In this document: piece after piece, positions 29,972 through 39,199 of the stretch
How the letters are laid out: every line of letters starts with the position of its first letter
Numbering within the stretch: the stretch's first letter is position 1
From: Kiritimatiellia bacterium
GTDB lineage: Bacteria > Verrucomicrobiota > Kiritimatiellia > RFP12 > UBA1067
Length of the DNA: 64,000 bases
Reading direction: 5' to 3'
NCBI GenBank assembly: GCA_050949565.1
Contig: JBMNFY010000010.1
Location: forward strand, 288,001-352,000
Notes under the pieces: model-generated
What the model was told of the DNA's origin: nothing
Databases searched by the model: none
What the model saw: only the letters and a program-made list of their open reading frames with translations
Position numbers and translations under genes: made by a program

Positions 29972-32545
29972 ATGGGAAAGAAGCTGGTCATTGTGGAGTC
30001 GCCTGCCAAGGCGAAGACCATTGGGAAAATCCTCGGCCCCGGCTATGTGGTGAAATCGTCGGTTGGTCATATCCGCGATTTGCCGGAACGGACGCTGGGC
30101 GTGGATGTCGAGGCGGGTTTTGTACCAAAGTATGTGTTGTCGAAAGGCAAGTCCAAGGTTGTCGCCGAATTGAAGAAGGCGGCTCAAGCGTGTGAGGCGA
30201 TCTATCTTGCGCCCGACCCGGACCGCGAGGGCGAGGCGATCGCGTGGCACCTTCAAGAGACGTTGGCGGAGAGCGCGCAAGACAAGCCGGTGCACCGCAT
30301 CCAGTACAACGAGATCACGCCGCGCGCCGTGCGGGCGGCGTTCGAAAACCCCGGTGTGATCGACATGCAGCGCGTTGACGCGCAGCAGGCGCGCCGTGTA
30401 CTGGACCGCATCGTGGGGTATATGGTGAGCCCGATGCTCTGGCGGCGTCTCAAAAAGGGATTGAGCGCAGGGCGTGTGCAGTCGGTGGCGCTGCGTCTAG
30501 TGGCGGAGCGTGAACGTGCGATTCAGGCATTTCAGCCCGAGGCTTATTGGGTGATGGGCGCCACGGTGCGCCGTGAAGAAGAGCCGCTCGATCCGTTTAC
30601 GGTACGGCTTGCCCGTGTGGATGATGAGAAGCCGTCGATCGGCAGCGAGGAGACAGCCAAGGCGCTGCTGGACGATCTCGAAGGCTGTGCCCTGCGTGTT
30701 AGCGCGATGCGTCGGCGCGAAAGCGCACGGCGGCCGTTGCCGCCCTTTATCACGTCGACCTTGCAGCAAGCGGCCTCAAGCGTGTGCGGCTATTCGCCCA
30801 ACAGGACCATGAGCATCGCGCAGAAACTGTACGAAGGTGTGGAATTGGGAGGGGGAGGGCCGGCCGGTCTGATCACCTACATGCGTACCGACTCGGTGAA
30901 CATTGCGCGGGATGCGCAGACTGCCGCACGTGACTTCATTGTTGAGAAATATGGCGAAGCCTACTACCCGGAAAAGCCTAATTACTATAAAAGCCGTGCC
31001 AGTGCGCAGGAAGCCCACGAGGCGATTCGTCCGACTGATGTGACCCGCACGCCGGCGAGTCTCAAAGGCATTTTGGACGGTCCCGAATTGCGCCTCTATG
31101 AGTTGATCTGGAAGCGTTTCGTCGCGAGTCAGATGGCAGCGGCACGCATCGCGCAGAAGACGGCCGAGGTCGAGCCGCTCAAGGAGGGGCTTGCCCATAG
31201 CTACCTCTTTACCGCGACCTCGTCAGAGGTTCTCTTCGACGGTTTCCTCAAAGTTATGGCGCTGGATATCCGCAAGAAGAAGCCGGAGGAGGATGAGGCG
31301 GAAGAGGAGTCCGACGAAGTCGACCGTCTGCCGCCGTTGGCCGAGGGTGACCGTCTGGTGGCGCTTGATTGGCTGTGCGACCGCAAGGAGACCAAGCCGC
31401 CGTCACGTTACAGCGAAGCCTCGCTGATCCGTGCACTGGAGGCGAACGGCGTGGGGCGTCCCTCCACCTATGCGTCGATCATCGAGACGTTGAATTCGCG
31501 CGATTACACCATCCGCGAAAAGCGTCAGCTCGTGCCAACGCCGCTCGGGCTTGAAGTCAGCGATCTGTTGGTCGGTAAGTTGGGGAAACTCTTTGATGTC
31601 GGGTTCACGGCGCGCATGGAGGAGCAACTCGACCAGATCGAGGAGGGTAGTGTCGAGTGGACCGCAATGTTGACTGACTTTTATGCGAAGTTTCAACAAT
31701 GGATGGAGCGGGCCAAGGTGCCGCCCGCCGACACCGACAAGGTCAATGCGGTGCTGGAGATGCTGGCGCAGGTCGCAGACTGGGCTCCTCCTGTGCAGCG
31801 CGGTAAACGCACTTACAGCGATGAGCACTTTGTGGCCTCTGTCAAAGAGCAGCTTGAGGCCGGCGAGAAGGCGGTCACTGACCGACAGCTTACCGCGCTG
31901 GTCAAGATTGCCCTGCGCTATCGTGAACAGATCCATGAGGCCGATCAAAAGCTGATCGACATGGGCTTTGGGGACGAGGTGGCCAAAGACCGGGCAGCCC
32001 CGAGTCATGAAGATGCGAAACGTCGTTTTGCGGTGCTCAAGGACCTGGCCTTCTCGGAAAGCCAGGCGGAATTCATCGACTCGTTGCGCCAGCAGGCGGA
32101 GTCAGGGATGAAGCTCACCGGGCGGCAGCTCGCGGCGATCGACCGCATCATTGTGCAGAACGCGGCGCAGATCGAGGATTTTGACAAGGTCAAGGATGAG
32201 TTGGGGTTGATCGTCGGTGAAGATGAGTTGCAACCGGACACTGAAAGCCCGCTGCTGTTGGAGATGTTGCGTCATGTCACCACTTGGCAGGAGCCTGTGA
32301 CGCGCGGCAAGAGGACGTTTGACGACCATGTCTTTTTTACCAGTCTTGAAGAACAGTACGGGCGCAAGAAATCACTCTCGCCCCGCCAACGTTATGCCAT
32401 GAAGCGCATGGTCTTCCGTTACAAGAATCAGATTCCTGAGTTCGAAAAGTGGGCTGAAAAGCTGGGCCTGAGCAAATCAGGCAAAGGTAAGGGAGAAAAG
32501 GGCAGCAAGAGCAGCAAGGGCGGTAAGCGCACTGCGAAAGCATGA
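29972..32545 (+). CDS. topA: DNA topoisomerase I
   Basis: LVIVESPAKAKTI, DPDREGEAIAWH, SAGRVQS, ITYMRTDS, GVGRPSTY. Confidence 0.97.
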   Translation: MGKKLVIVESPAKAKTIGKILGPGYVVKSSVGHIRDLPERTLGVDVEAGFVPKYVLSKGKSKVVAELKKAAQACEAIYLAPDPDREGEAIAWHLQETLAESAQDKPVHRIQYNEITPRAVRAAFENPGVIDMQRVDAQQARRVLDRIVGYMVSPMLWRRLKKGLSAGRVQSVALRLVAERERAIQAFQPEAYWVMGATVRREEEPLDPFTVRLARVDDEKPSIGSEETAKALLDDLEGCALRVSAMRRRESARRPLPPFITSTLQQAASSVCGYSPNRTMSIAQKLYEGVELGGGGPAGLITYMRTDSVNIARDAQTAARDFIVEKYGEAYYPEKPNYYKSRASAQEAHEAIRPTDVTRTPASLKGILDGPELRLYELIWKRFVASQMAAARIAQKTAEVEPLKEGLAHSYLFTATSSEVLFDGFLKVMALDIRKKKPEEDEAEEESDEVDRLPPLAEGDRLVALDWLCDRKETKPPSRYSEASLIRALEANGVGRPSTYASIIETLNSRDYTIREKRQLVPTPLGLEVSDLLVGKLGKLFDVGFTARMEEQLDQIEEGSVEWTAMLTDFYAKFQQWMERAKVPPADTDKVNAVLEMLAQVADWAPPVQRGKRTYSDEHFVASVKEQLEAGEKAVTDRQLTALVKIALRYREQIHEADQKLIDMGFGDEVAKDRAAPSHEDAKRRFAVLKDLAFSESQAEFIDSLRQQAESGMKLTGRQLAAIDRIIVQNAAQIEDFDKVKDELGLIVGEDELQPDTESPLLLEMLRHVTTWQEPVTRGKRTFDDHVFFTSLEEQYGRKKSLSPRQRYAMKRMVFRYKNQIPEFEKWAEKLGLSKSGKGKGEKGSKSSKGGKRTAKA

Positions 32546-32574
32546 TCGGTTGGTGGCAGGGGGCGAAGATCGTG

Positions 32575-32739
32575 CGTTTCTGGAGAAAAGGAGAGCAGAG
32601 AGTCGGGAGCGCGGGCGTCCTCGCCCGCAACAACGTGCCTTGCAAAAGATTGATGCGCTCACTTCCTTTGGAAACCAAACCGCGCATCGGAATCTCGATC
32701 AGCCTTTCACAGAGCGGGCGGGGACGCCCGCGCTCCCGA
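32575..32739. repeat. Inverted REP-like pair
   Basis: gggagcgcgggcgtcctcgcccgc (32605-32628) inverted with gcgggcggggacgcccgcgctccc (32714-32737); 32575-32637 recurs at ~34957-35020. Confidence 0.75.
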
Positions 32740-32956
32740 TTGCGCATACACGAACCACGCACTAAACTCGCATGCCCTCTGTCGCTAACCGATTACCATT
32801 AGTGCATGAGTTCAGGATAGCCGCAGGTCGCGGGTCGAACGTCGCGGGTCAACCTCTCTTGTTGCGACCACGCAGTGGCTCGCAACTGTGAGAGTAAAAG
32901 CAGGGCTCGGTTTTTTAACCGCGAATTGCGCGAATTATGCGAAAAGGGTTTTCGCT

Positions 32957-33994
32957 ATGGATTCCGAAGATTATGTGGATCTAGAGGTCCGGATGGGCGA
33001 CGGGCCGCCGGAGCCGCTGCCGAACCGCTCCGATGCGGCGGACGATGCGGATGTCGTGCGTTTCGTCACCTTTCTGCGGGCCGAGCGCAATGCATCGGAC
33101 CACACGGTGGCCGGTTATGTGCAGGACATCGGGCAGTTTGCGGCGTTTGTGTGGCCGGATGCCGGCGTGAAACCGCCGTTTGCCTGGGGCAAACCAACGC
33201 GTGACCGTGCGCGTGACTTTCTGGTGGCTTTTCATCGCGCTGGTTGGGCACCGTCGACTACGCGCCGCAAACTCTCCTCGCTGCGTACCTTCTATCGCTT
33301 TCTGGAGCGCGAGGAGATCGTGCCGACCAATCCGTTCGCCGGTCTGCGCGGGCCGCGGCTGGGACGCCGTTTGCCGTCGGTGCTGGGGGTCAAGGAGGTG
33401 GAGGCGTTGCTGGCGGCACCGCTGGCCGCGCTGGAGGCGACGCGTGCGCGACACGGTGCCGTAACGCCCGCCGCCGAGTATGCGGCACTGCGTGACGCCG
33501 CCATCTTTGAAACGCTCTACAGCACTGGCTGCCGCATCAGCGAGATTGCCGCGCTGCGCTGGGGCGACATCCGGTTTGATCAGGGCACAACGATTGTTGA
33601 GGGCAAGGGGCGTAAGCAGCGGCTTTGCGTGCTGGGCGGTCCGGCCTGCCGCGCACTGCAAGCGTTGCGGGAACAGGCGGGGTTGTTGTGGTCTGGGGCA
33701 GACGCCGACAACGCGCCTCTGTTTCTCAACGCCAGAGGTGGCGCACTCACGCCGCGTTCGATCGAACGCCAGATGAAGAAATGGCTTACGGCCGCGGCGC
33801 TGCCCCCGGACATTACGCCCCATCAGTTGCGTCACAGTTTTGCCACGCATCTGCTGGACGCGGGCGCTGATTTACGCAGCGTCCAGGAGATGCTCGGCCA
33901 CACCAGCCTGTCGACCACGCAGATCTACACGCATGTCTCGATCGAGCGCCTCAAGGACGAATACGGCAAGGCGCATCCGCGTGCCCGCGCGTAG
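32957..33994 (+). CDS. xerC: Tyrosine recombinase XerC
   Basis: LYSTGCRISE, GKGRKQR, HQLRHSFATHLL, LGH, TTQIY; dprA-topA-xerC synteny. Confidence 0.88.
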   Translation: MDSEDYVDLEVRMGDGPPEPLPNRSDAADDADVVRFVTFLRAERNASDHTVAGYVQDIGQFAAFVWPDAGVKPPFAWGKPTRDRARDFLVAFHRAGWAPSTTRRKLSSLRTFYRFLEREEIVPTNPFAGLRGPRLGRRLPSVLGVKEVEALLAAPLAALEATRARHGAVTPAAEYAALRDAAIFETLYSTGCRISEIAALRWGDIRFDQGTTIVEGKGRKQRLCVLGGPACRALQALREQAGLLWSGADADNAPLFLNARGGALTPRSIERQMKKWLTAAALPPDITPHQLRHSFATHLLDAGADLRSVQEMLGHTSLSTTQIYTHVSIERLKDEYGKAHPRARA

Positions 33995-34140
33995 AGGAGT
34001 TAGCAGTTAGGATTGAGGATTTAGGAGTTGAACCACGGAGGCACGGAGGTTTTTTGGAGCGTTGTTTTGATCCGTCCAATCCGTCTGATCGGCCCGATCC
34101 GTCTGGTCCTCCTTACAGCCTCACTGCCTTACTGCCTATC
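33995..34140. repeat. Intergenic 7-mer and 9-mer micro-repeat cluster
   Basis: gaggagttagcagttaggattgaggatttaggagttg; aaccacggaggcacggag; atccgtccaatccgtctgatcggcccgatccgtctg. Confidence 0.7.
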
Positions 34141-34161
34141 GCGGGCTTTGCCCGCGGATGG

Positions 34162-34956
34162 TCACAACTCTAGGAAGCAGAGCATGCCGTATGCGGTCTC
34201 GGCAAGTTGGGCATCGGCCGTATCCGCCTCCCAATAGCCGCCGCCGTCTGGGGCGCTCTTCTGAGTAGAGATCAGCCAAGAGGCCACATGCGAGCGCCAA
34301 TCGAGGACGATCTGGCCGCGCATCAAACGGCCCCCCGCCGTACGATTGATCAGGCGTGCCAGCCGCCACGCAGCCCGTGAGCGGTTGAACGGGGGCGGCC
34401 AGATGGCGGCGGCGCGGGCCACCAGTTCAGTTGAATCGGCATCCGGCGCGGGCGGTTCGCCGAGTCCGGCTTGCGCCAGAACCTCCTGCCAGAACCGCCG
34501 GTCGTCGGCGGATGCGTCGTCGATGGACGGCGCGCGCCGGGCCAGGTCTCGCAGATAGGTGCTGCGCTCAGGTGTTTCGGGCAGCGAGAGCGTCAGCGCC
34601 AGCAACCGCCAGGCGTGTGCGCTGAGTGACGACAGGTGATTGGTAGCGGACTGGCCTAGCCAAAGGGCGGCCAGAGAACGTGATGCGTGATCATCGGGGT
34701 GCGGGGATGCCGCGAGCGCGGTCAACGCGAGCGCGGTCAGCTCGACACGCTGCGTGGTCCCCCATGATCCATCGGGGGTTTGCTGATTGCAGAGCCAGCG
34801 CGCCGCTTGACGCATCGCGCGGCCTGCCTCGTTGCCTAATGAGATGTCGAGGGACGAGCCAGGCTGACGCAACGGCGCTACAGCGAAATTGGCGTGCGCT
34901 AAACTGTCCCCGCACAACAACGCCGCAAGAACAACGACAGGCAGTGCGAGTGGCAT
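34162..34956 (-). CDS. Secreted protein with prenyltransferase/squalene-cyclase-like repeats
   Basis: Signal peptide MPLALPVVVLAALL; WLCNQQTPDGSWG and WLISTQK..DGGGYW. Confidence 0.65.
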   Translation of the reverse strand: MPLALPVVVLAALLCGDSLAHANFAVAPLRQPGSSLDISLGNEAGRAMRQAARWLCNQQTPDGSWGTTQRVELTALALTALAASPHPDDHASRSLAALWLGQSATNHLSSLSAHAWRLLALTLSLPETPERSTYLRDLARRAPSIDDASADDRRFWQEVLAQAGLGEPPAPDADSTELVARAAAIWPPPFNRSRAAWRLARLINRTAGGRLMRGQIVLDWRSHVASWLISTQKSAPDGGGYWEADTADAQLAETAYGMLCFLEL

Positions 34957-35153
34957 GCGTTTCTGGTGAAAAGGGGAGCAAGAAGTCGGGAGCGCGGGCG
35001 TCCCTGCCCGCAACAGCGTGTCAGGTAAAAGCATCGACAGTGAACGGTGCATCCGGTATCCTCCTTGGTTCATCGAAAAGAGTAGCGAATGTCGGTGCCA
35101 AAGGAAAGCCCGCGTCAGGAATGAGTGAGAAATTAGGATCTAGGAGTTAGGAG

Positions 35154-36197
35154 TTGAAATCAGAAGCCGGAAATCGGGAGCCTGAAACCCGAAACCCGAA
35201 ACCCGAAACCCGAGAGAAGCGCGGACGCGGCCTCAGTCTGTTGTCCGGTGGATTGGACAGCAGGCTTGCGGTGTGCGTGCTGCGCGAGCAGGGAATCGAC
35301 GTGGAAGGGGTGGTCTTCACCAGCCCCTTCTTCAAAATGGAGGAGACGGCGCGTGAAGCGGCGCGTCAGTTGAACGTGCCGCTTCATGTAGTGGATTTCA
35401 CGCGCGACATCCTCGATCTGGTGGATCATCCGCCGCATGGTTTTGGTGCTGCGCTCAATCCGTGCATCGATTGCCGTGCGCGCATGATCCAGCGCGCGGG
35501 CGAAATGATGGCACAGGGGGGCTTCGATTTCGTGGCGACGGGCGAGGTGCTGGGCCAGCGGCCGATGTCGCAGAACCGGCACTCTCTGGCGATCACGGAG
35601 CGGGATGCCGCGTTGGGCGGAAGGTTGCTCCGCCCCTTGAGTGCCTTACTGCTGGAGCCCACCGTCCCCGAACAGGAGGGCATTGTTGACCGTAGCCGGT
35701 TGCTGGGACTGAGCGGGCGGTCGCGCAAACCGCAGCGGGAATTGGCACAGTGCTATGGATTGACCCGCTACCCGGCACCGGCTGGCGGTTGCCTGCTGAC
35801 CGAAAAAGGGTTTTGCCGTAAGCTGTCGGATTTGCACACCAACGAGGGGCTTGGTGATGAGCGATTGGTCTGGCTGCTGTTACGCGGGCGTCACTTCCGA
35901 CTCCCGGGGGGCGCCAAGTGTGTGGTAGGCCGCGATGCGGCGGACAACGCTGCGCTCAAATCTCTGCGCGTGGTGTCGGACGTGCTACTGCACGCGGTAG
36001 ATGTTCCCGGCCCCACGGTTCTGTTACCCGGCGGGGCGGATGACGGGGATGTCTCTCTAGCGGCCCGTATTTGTGCCGCATACGCTGATCACGGCACGCG
36101 CGAAAGTGTCACGATCAGAATCGTCAGGAGCGATGCAGCCGAAGAGCGCCGTGTCGCTCCATTGGCCAGAGAACAGGCGCAAGCGTGGATGTTGTAG
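35154..36197 (+). CDS. tRNA thiouridine synthase-like PP-loop protein (ThiI/MnmA-like, DUF814-type C-terminus)
   Basis: SLLSGGLDS PP-loop, NPCIDCR, ATGEVLGQRPMSQ, PAGGCLLT, GRHFRL. Confidence 0.85.
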   Translation: MKSEAGNREPETRNPKPETREKRGRGLSLLSGGLDSRLAVCVLREQGIDVEGVVFTSPFFKMEETAREAARQLNVPLHVVDFTRDILDLVDHPPHGFGAALNPCIDCRARMIQRAGEMMAQGGFDFVATGEVLGQRPMSQNRHSLAITERDAALGGRLLRPLSALLLEPTVPEQEGIVDRSRLLGLSGRSRKPQRELAQCYGLTRYPAPAGGCLLTEKGFCRKLSDLHTNEGLGDERLVWLLLRGRHFRLPGGAKCVVGRDAADNAALKSLRVVSDVLLHAVDVPGPTVLLPGGADDGDVSLAARICAAYADHGTRESVTIRIVRSDAAEERRVAPLAREQAQAWML

Positions 36198-36206
36198 ACG
36201 GTGACC

Positions 36207-36704
36207 TCAGCCGCCCGCGCCGGTAGCACCACCGCCGACAAACAACTGCACCAAGAGGTAGGCAATCACCAGCACCAGCACGACGATCACTGCTACCCAG
36301 AGCTTGTTGCTGTTGGTTTTTTTGCCGAACTCTTTCGGCGTTTCGAGGGTGCGTTTCGGCTGAATGATAATGGTCGTTCGCGGTACGGCAGCGGACTCTT
36401 TCTCCGACTGCGGCACGTCATCGCCCTCGATCATCATCGGCACTTCACCCAGTAGGATAATGTCGTTGCGGGAGAGCGCTTTTTCCTTGATCGTGACGTT
36501 GTTGACCTTTGTTCCATTCGTGGATCCTAAGTCGCGGATCAAGAATCCGTCATCACTCTTCTCGATCTCACAATGCGTGCCTGAAATCGAGCCGTCTTGA
36601 ACTACCCAGTCATTCCCTTCACGGCGCCCGATACGCGTCAACGGCAGAGTCAACGTGAAGCGCTGCCCCTTCAGAGAACCATCCAAAACTGTCAAACATG
36701 CCAT
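36207..36704 (-). CDS. FHA-domain protein with C-terminal TM helix
   Basis: IGRR..ND..ISGTHC..DLGSTNGTKVN; hydrophobic C-terminus. Confidence 0.9.
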   Translation of the reverse strand: MACLTVLDGSLKGQRFTLTLPLTRIGRREGNDWVVQDGSISGTHCEIEKSDDGFLIRDLGSTNGTKVNNVTIKEKALSRNDIILLGEVPMMIEGDDVPQSEKESAAVPRTTIIIQPKRTLETPKEFGKKTNSNKLWVAVIVVLVLVIAYLLVQLFVGGGATGAGG

Positions 36705-36793
36705 AGCAAAACACCTTACTAGTGAGATAAGATATGCAAGTTTAGACGCCTCTGACGCACAAGTCAAGGGTACGATTCAGTTTATTGCGAATC

Positions 36794-38250
36794 CGCGGTA
36801 TGTCATAGTCATGGACACCGTAGCCAAAATCGCGGTGTCCGGAAATCAAGCGCATCCGTCAAATACTGGACACCGTGCTAGAATCGGCTCGCATGAGAAA
36901 CGAGATGTCACGGAAAGCCACGATGGAATACGTCGGCGCGAAGCGTCGCGCCTATTCAAAACTGAAGAGCAAGAAGGCCAAGAGTGCCGCGATCGACGAC
37001 TTCTGCCAGGTCACGGGGGCCGAGCGCAAATACGCCATCCGGCTGCTGACCGGCAACCGGAAGTACCGCGATCACGCCGGGCGCGGGAAGACGTACACGC
37101 CCGGGGCGGAAGCCCTGTTCCTGCGTCTCTGGCGCGCCTCGGGACGCATGACGCCCCGGTACCTTGTGACCGTGGCGGACCGCCAGATGGCCGCGCTGCG
37201 CGAGCTCGAGCATGTCGACGAGGCGGCCGCGGCGCAGGTTCTGCGCATGAGCGCGTCGACGATGGAGCGCATCCTCCGCAAGCACCCGCGCGAGGCCCCG
37301 CGCCGCCGCAACCGCCGCAGCGGGGCGAACGCGCTGGCGTCGAGCGTCCCCTGCGTCCCGGGCGAGGCGCTGCCGCCCGCCGCCCCCGGCGACACGCAGG
37401 TCGACACGGTCGCGCTCTGCGGGGGCGACATGAGCGGCAACTTCTTCTGGATCCTCACGCTCACGGACCGCCTGACGCAGTGGACGGAGCTGCGCTGCGT
37501 CTGGAACCGCGGCGCGGCCGCGACCAAGGAAGGCCTCGCCGACGCCGAGGCCGCGTTCCCGTTCCCGCTCACGGCCATGCACTCGGACAGCGGGCTGGAG
37601 TTCCTCAACGCCCACGTGCTCGGCTACGCGCGGGACCGCCCCCGCCCCCTCGCCTTCACCCGTTCCCGCCCCGGGAACAAGAACGACAACGCCCGCGTGG
37701 AGCAGAAGAACGCCTCCGTCGTCCGCGAGTATTTCGGCTACGAGCGCATCGACCGCATCGAGCTCAAGAAGGACATGGACGTCCTGTGCGCGAAGATATC
37801 GCTGTACAACAACCTCTTCCGCCCCTGCAAGCGGCTCATCTCCAAAACCAAAAGGCCGGACTCGCACGGCTTCTCCAAGCGTTACGACAAGCCCGCCACG
37901 CCCCTCGACAGGGTGATTGCGTCGGGATACGCGGACCCCGCCGTGATCCGGCGTCTTACCGCGCTCCGCGAAAAGATCAATCCGATCCGCCTCCTTGAGG
38001 ACATCCGCCGCCGGCACGCGCTGATCCTGCGCAAGCAGAACAAGCTCGCCAGGCGCGAGGCGCAAGGGATGACCACCCCGGGTTCCGCGCCCTGTCCCGC
38101 CGGAATACCGGCGGGACAGGGCGCGGAACCCGGCCACCCTTCACGTCATTGACCAGCCCCTCGTCCCTTGACCCCCTCGGTGTCCAGTATTTGACGGATC
38201 GTCACCGCCTCAAAAAAACCTACGGTGTCTTTTCTATTTGACGGACCGCG
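36794..38250 (+). mobile_element. 1457-bp IS with integrase-core transposase (ISNCY-like)
   Basis: Ends cgcggt / accgcg flanked by AATC duplication (36790-36793, 38251-38254); internal inverted sites ccgtcaaatactggacaccg (36856-36875) and cggtgtccagtatttgacgg (38178-38197). Confidence 0.85.
36893..38152 (+). CDS. DDE (rve) transposase
   Basis: RKYAIRLL, QVDTVALCG, HSDSGLEF, SRPGNKNDNARVEQKN. Confidence 0.9.
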   Translation: MRNEMSRKATMEYVGAKRRAYSKLKSKKAKSAAIDDFCQVTGAERKYAIRLLTGNRKYRDHAGRGKTYTPGAEALFLRLWRASGRMTPRYLVTVADRQMAALRELEHVDEAAAAQVLRMSASTMERILRKHPREAPRRRNRRSGANALASSVPCVPGEALPPAAPGDTQVDTVALCGGDMSGNFFWILTLTDRLTQWTELRCVWNRGAAATKEGLADAEAAFPFPLTAMHSDSGLEFLNAHVLGYARDRPRPLAFTRSRPGNKNDNARVEQKNASVVREYFGYERIDRIELKKDMDVLCAKISLYNNLFRPCKRLISKTKRPDSHGFSKRYDKPATPLDRVIASGYADPAVIRRLTALREKINPIRLLEDIRRRHALILRKQNKLARREAQGMTTPGSAPCPAGIPAGQGAEPGHPSRH

Positions 38251-38269
38251 AATCATGCCCTGGAAAACT

Positions 38270-39199
38270 TCAGTAGGAACCGGCATATCCCATTTGCCGC
38301 AGTAACCAGAAGTTTTTCATCCAGTCCTTCTCGATCTTAACCCAAAGTTCGAGCGTGACTTTCACGCCGAACATATCCGAAAGCTCTGGCTCCGCACATT
38401 GCCGGACATACTTGAGATTCCGGCCCTTGGTACCGATCACGATCCCTTTCTGGGACGGGCGTGCCACATAAAGTGTCACGGACGCGTGCCAGGCTCCGGG
38501 CGTTTCCTCAATCTGCTCGACCTTGACGCCCAATTCGTGCGGCAGTTCCTCATGGAGCCGGACGAGAAGTTTTTCGCGGACCACATCGGCGATGGCCAAT
38601 TTGCGCGGGTAGTCGGTCACCACATCTTCCGGAAACAGATAATCGTCCGCAGGTTGGGCCAGGGCATACAATTGATCCACGAGTCCGACCGTGCCGGCGA
38701 GATGCAACGCAGAGGTCGTTATCCAAAACACCTCGCGCGTATGCTGCTTTTCGGTTTGGACGGTCTGCCACAGGTTATGGAAGGTCTCCTCGTAGAACGG
38801 CTCTCGGTCATTCTTATTCAATGCAAAGATAACCGGCTGTTCGGCAAACAGGGCGCGCCGCATCCAGCCGTCATCCTCCAGATGCGGTTGACAGCTGCCG
38901 TCGAAGACGATGAGCAGAAGATCGACGCCCGCCGAGGCCTGCCGTGCCATGCGGTTCATTAGAGTACCCAGCGTGCTTTGGGATTTATGCAGGCCCGGGG
39001 TGTCCAGAAAAACAAGCTGCCCGCGATCCTCCGTCAGGATGCCGCGGATGGTGTTGCGCGTGGTCTGCACCACGGGGCTGACGATGCTGATCTTTTCGCC
39101 GACCATGCGGTTGATCAGCGTCGACTTGCCAGAGTTGGTCCGGCCGACGACACCGACTACGGCGCAACGCCGTCGCGGACGGTTAGGGCTCGCAGTCAT
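38270..39199 (-). CDS. era: GTPase Era
   Basis: GRTNSGKSTL, QTTR, DTPG, NKND, KH domain SQKGIVIG. Confidence 0.95.
   Translation of the reverse strand: MTASPNRPRRRCAVVGVVGRTNSGKSTLINRMVGEKISIVSPVVQTTRNTIRGILTEDRGQLVFLDTPGLHKSQSTLGTLMNRMARQASAGVDLLLIVFDGSCQPHLEDDGWMRRALFAEQPVIFALNKNDREPFYEETFHNLWQTVQTEKQHTREVFWITTSALHLAGTVGLVDQLYALAQPADDYLFPEDVVTDYPRKLAIADVVREKLLVRLHEELPHELGVKVEQIEETPGAWHASVTLYVARPSQKGIVIGTKGRNLKYVRQCAEPELSDMFGVKVTLELWVKIEKDWMKNFWLLRQMGYAGSY

Noticed and set aside
32957-33994. Integrase of a genomic island
   Set aside because: Housekeeping dprA-topA-xerC context; no att sites or cargo seen
36655-38137. Overlapping 447-aa and 393-aa ORFs
   Set aside because: Alternate-frame and antisense shadows of the transposase
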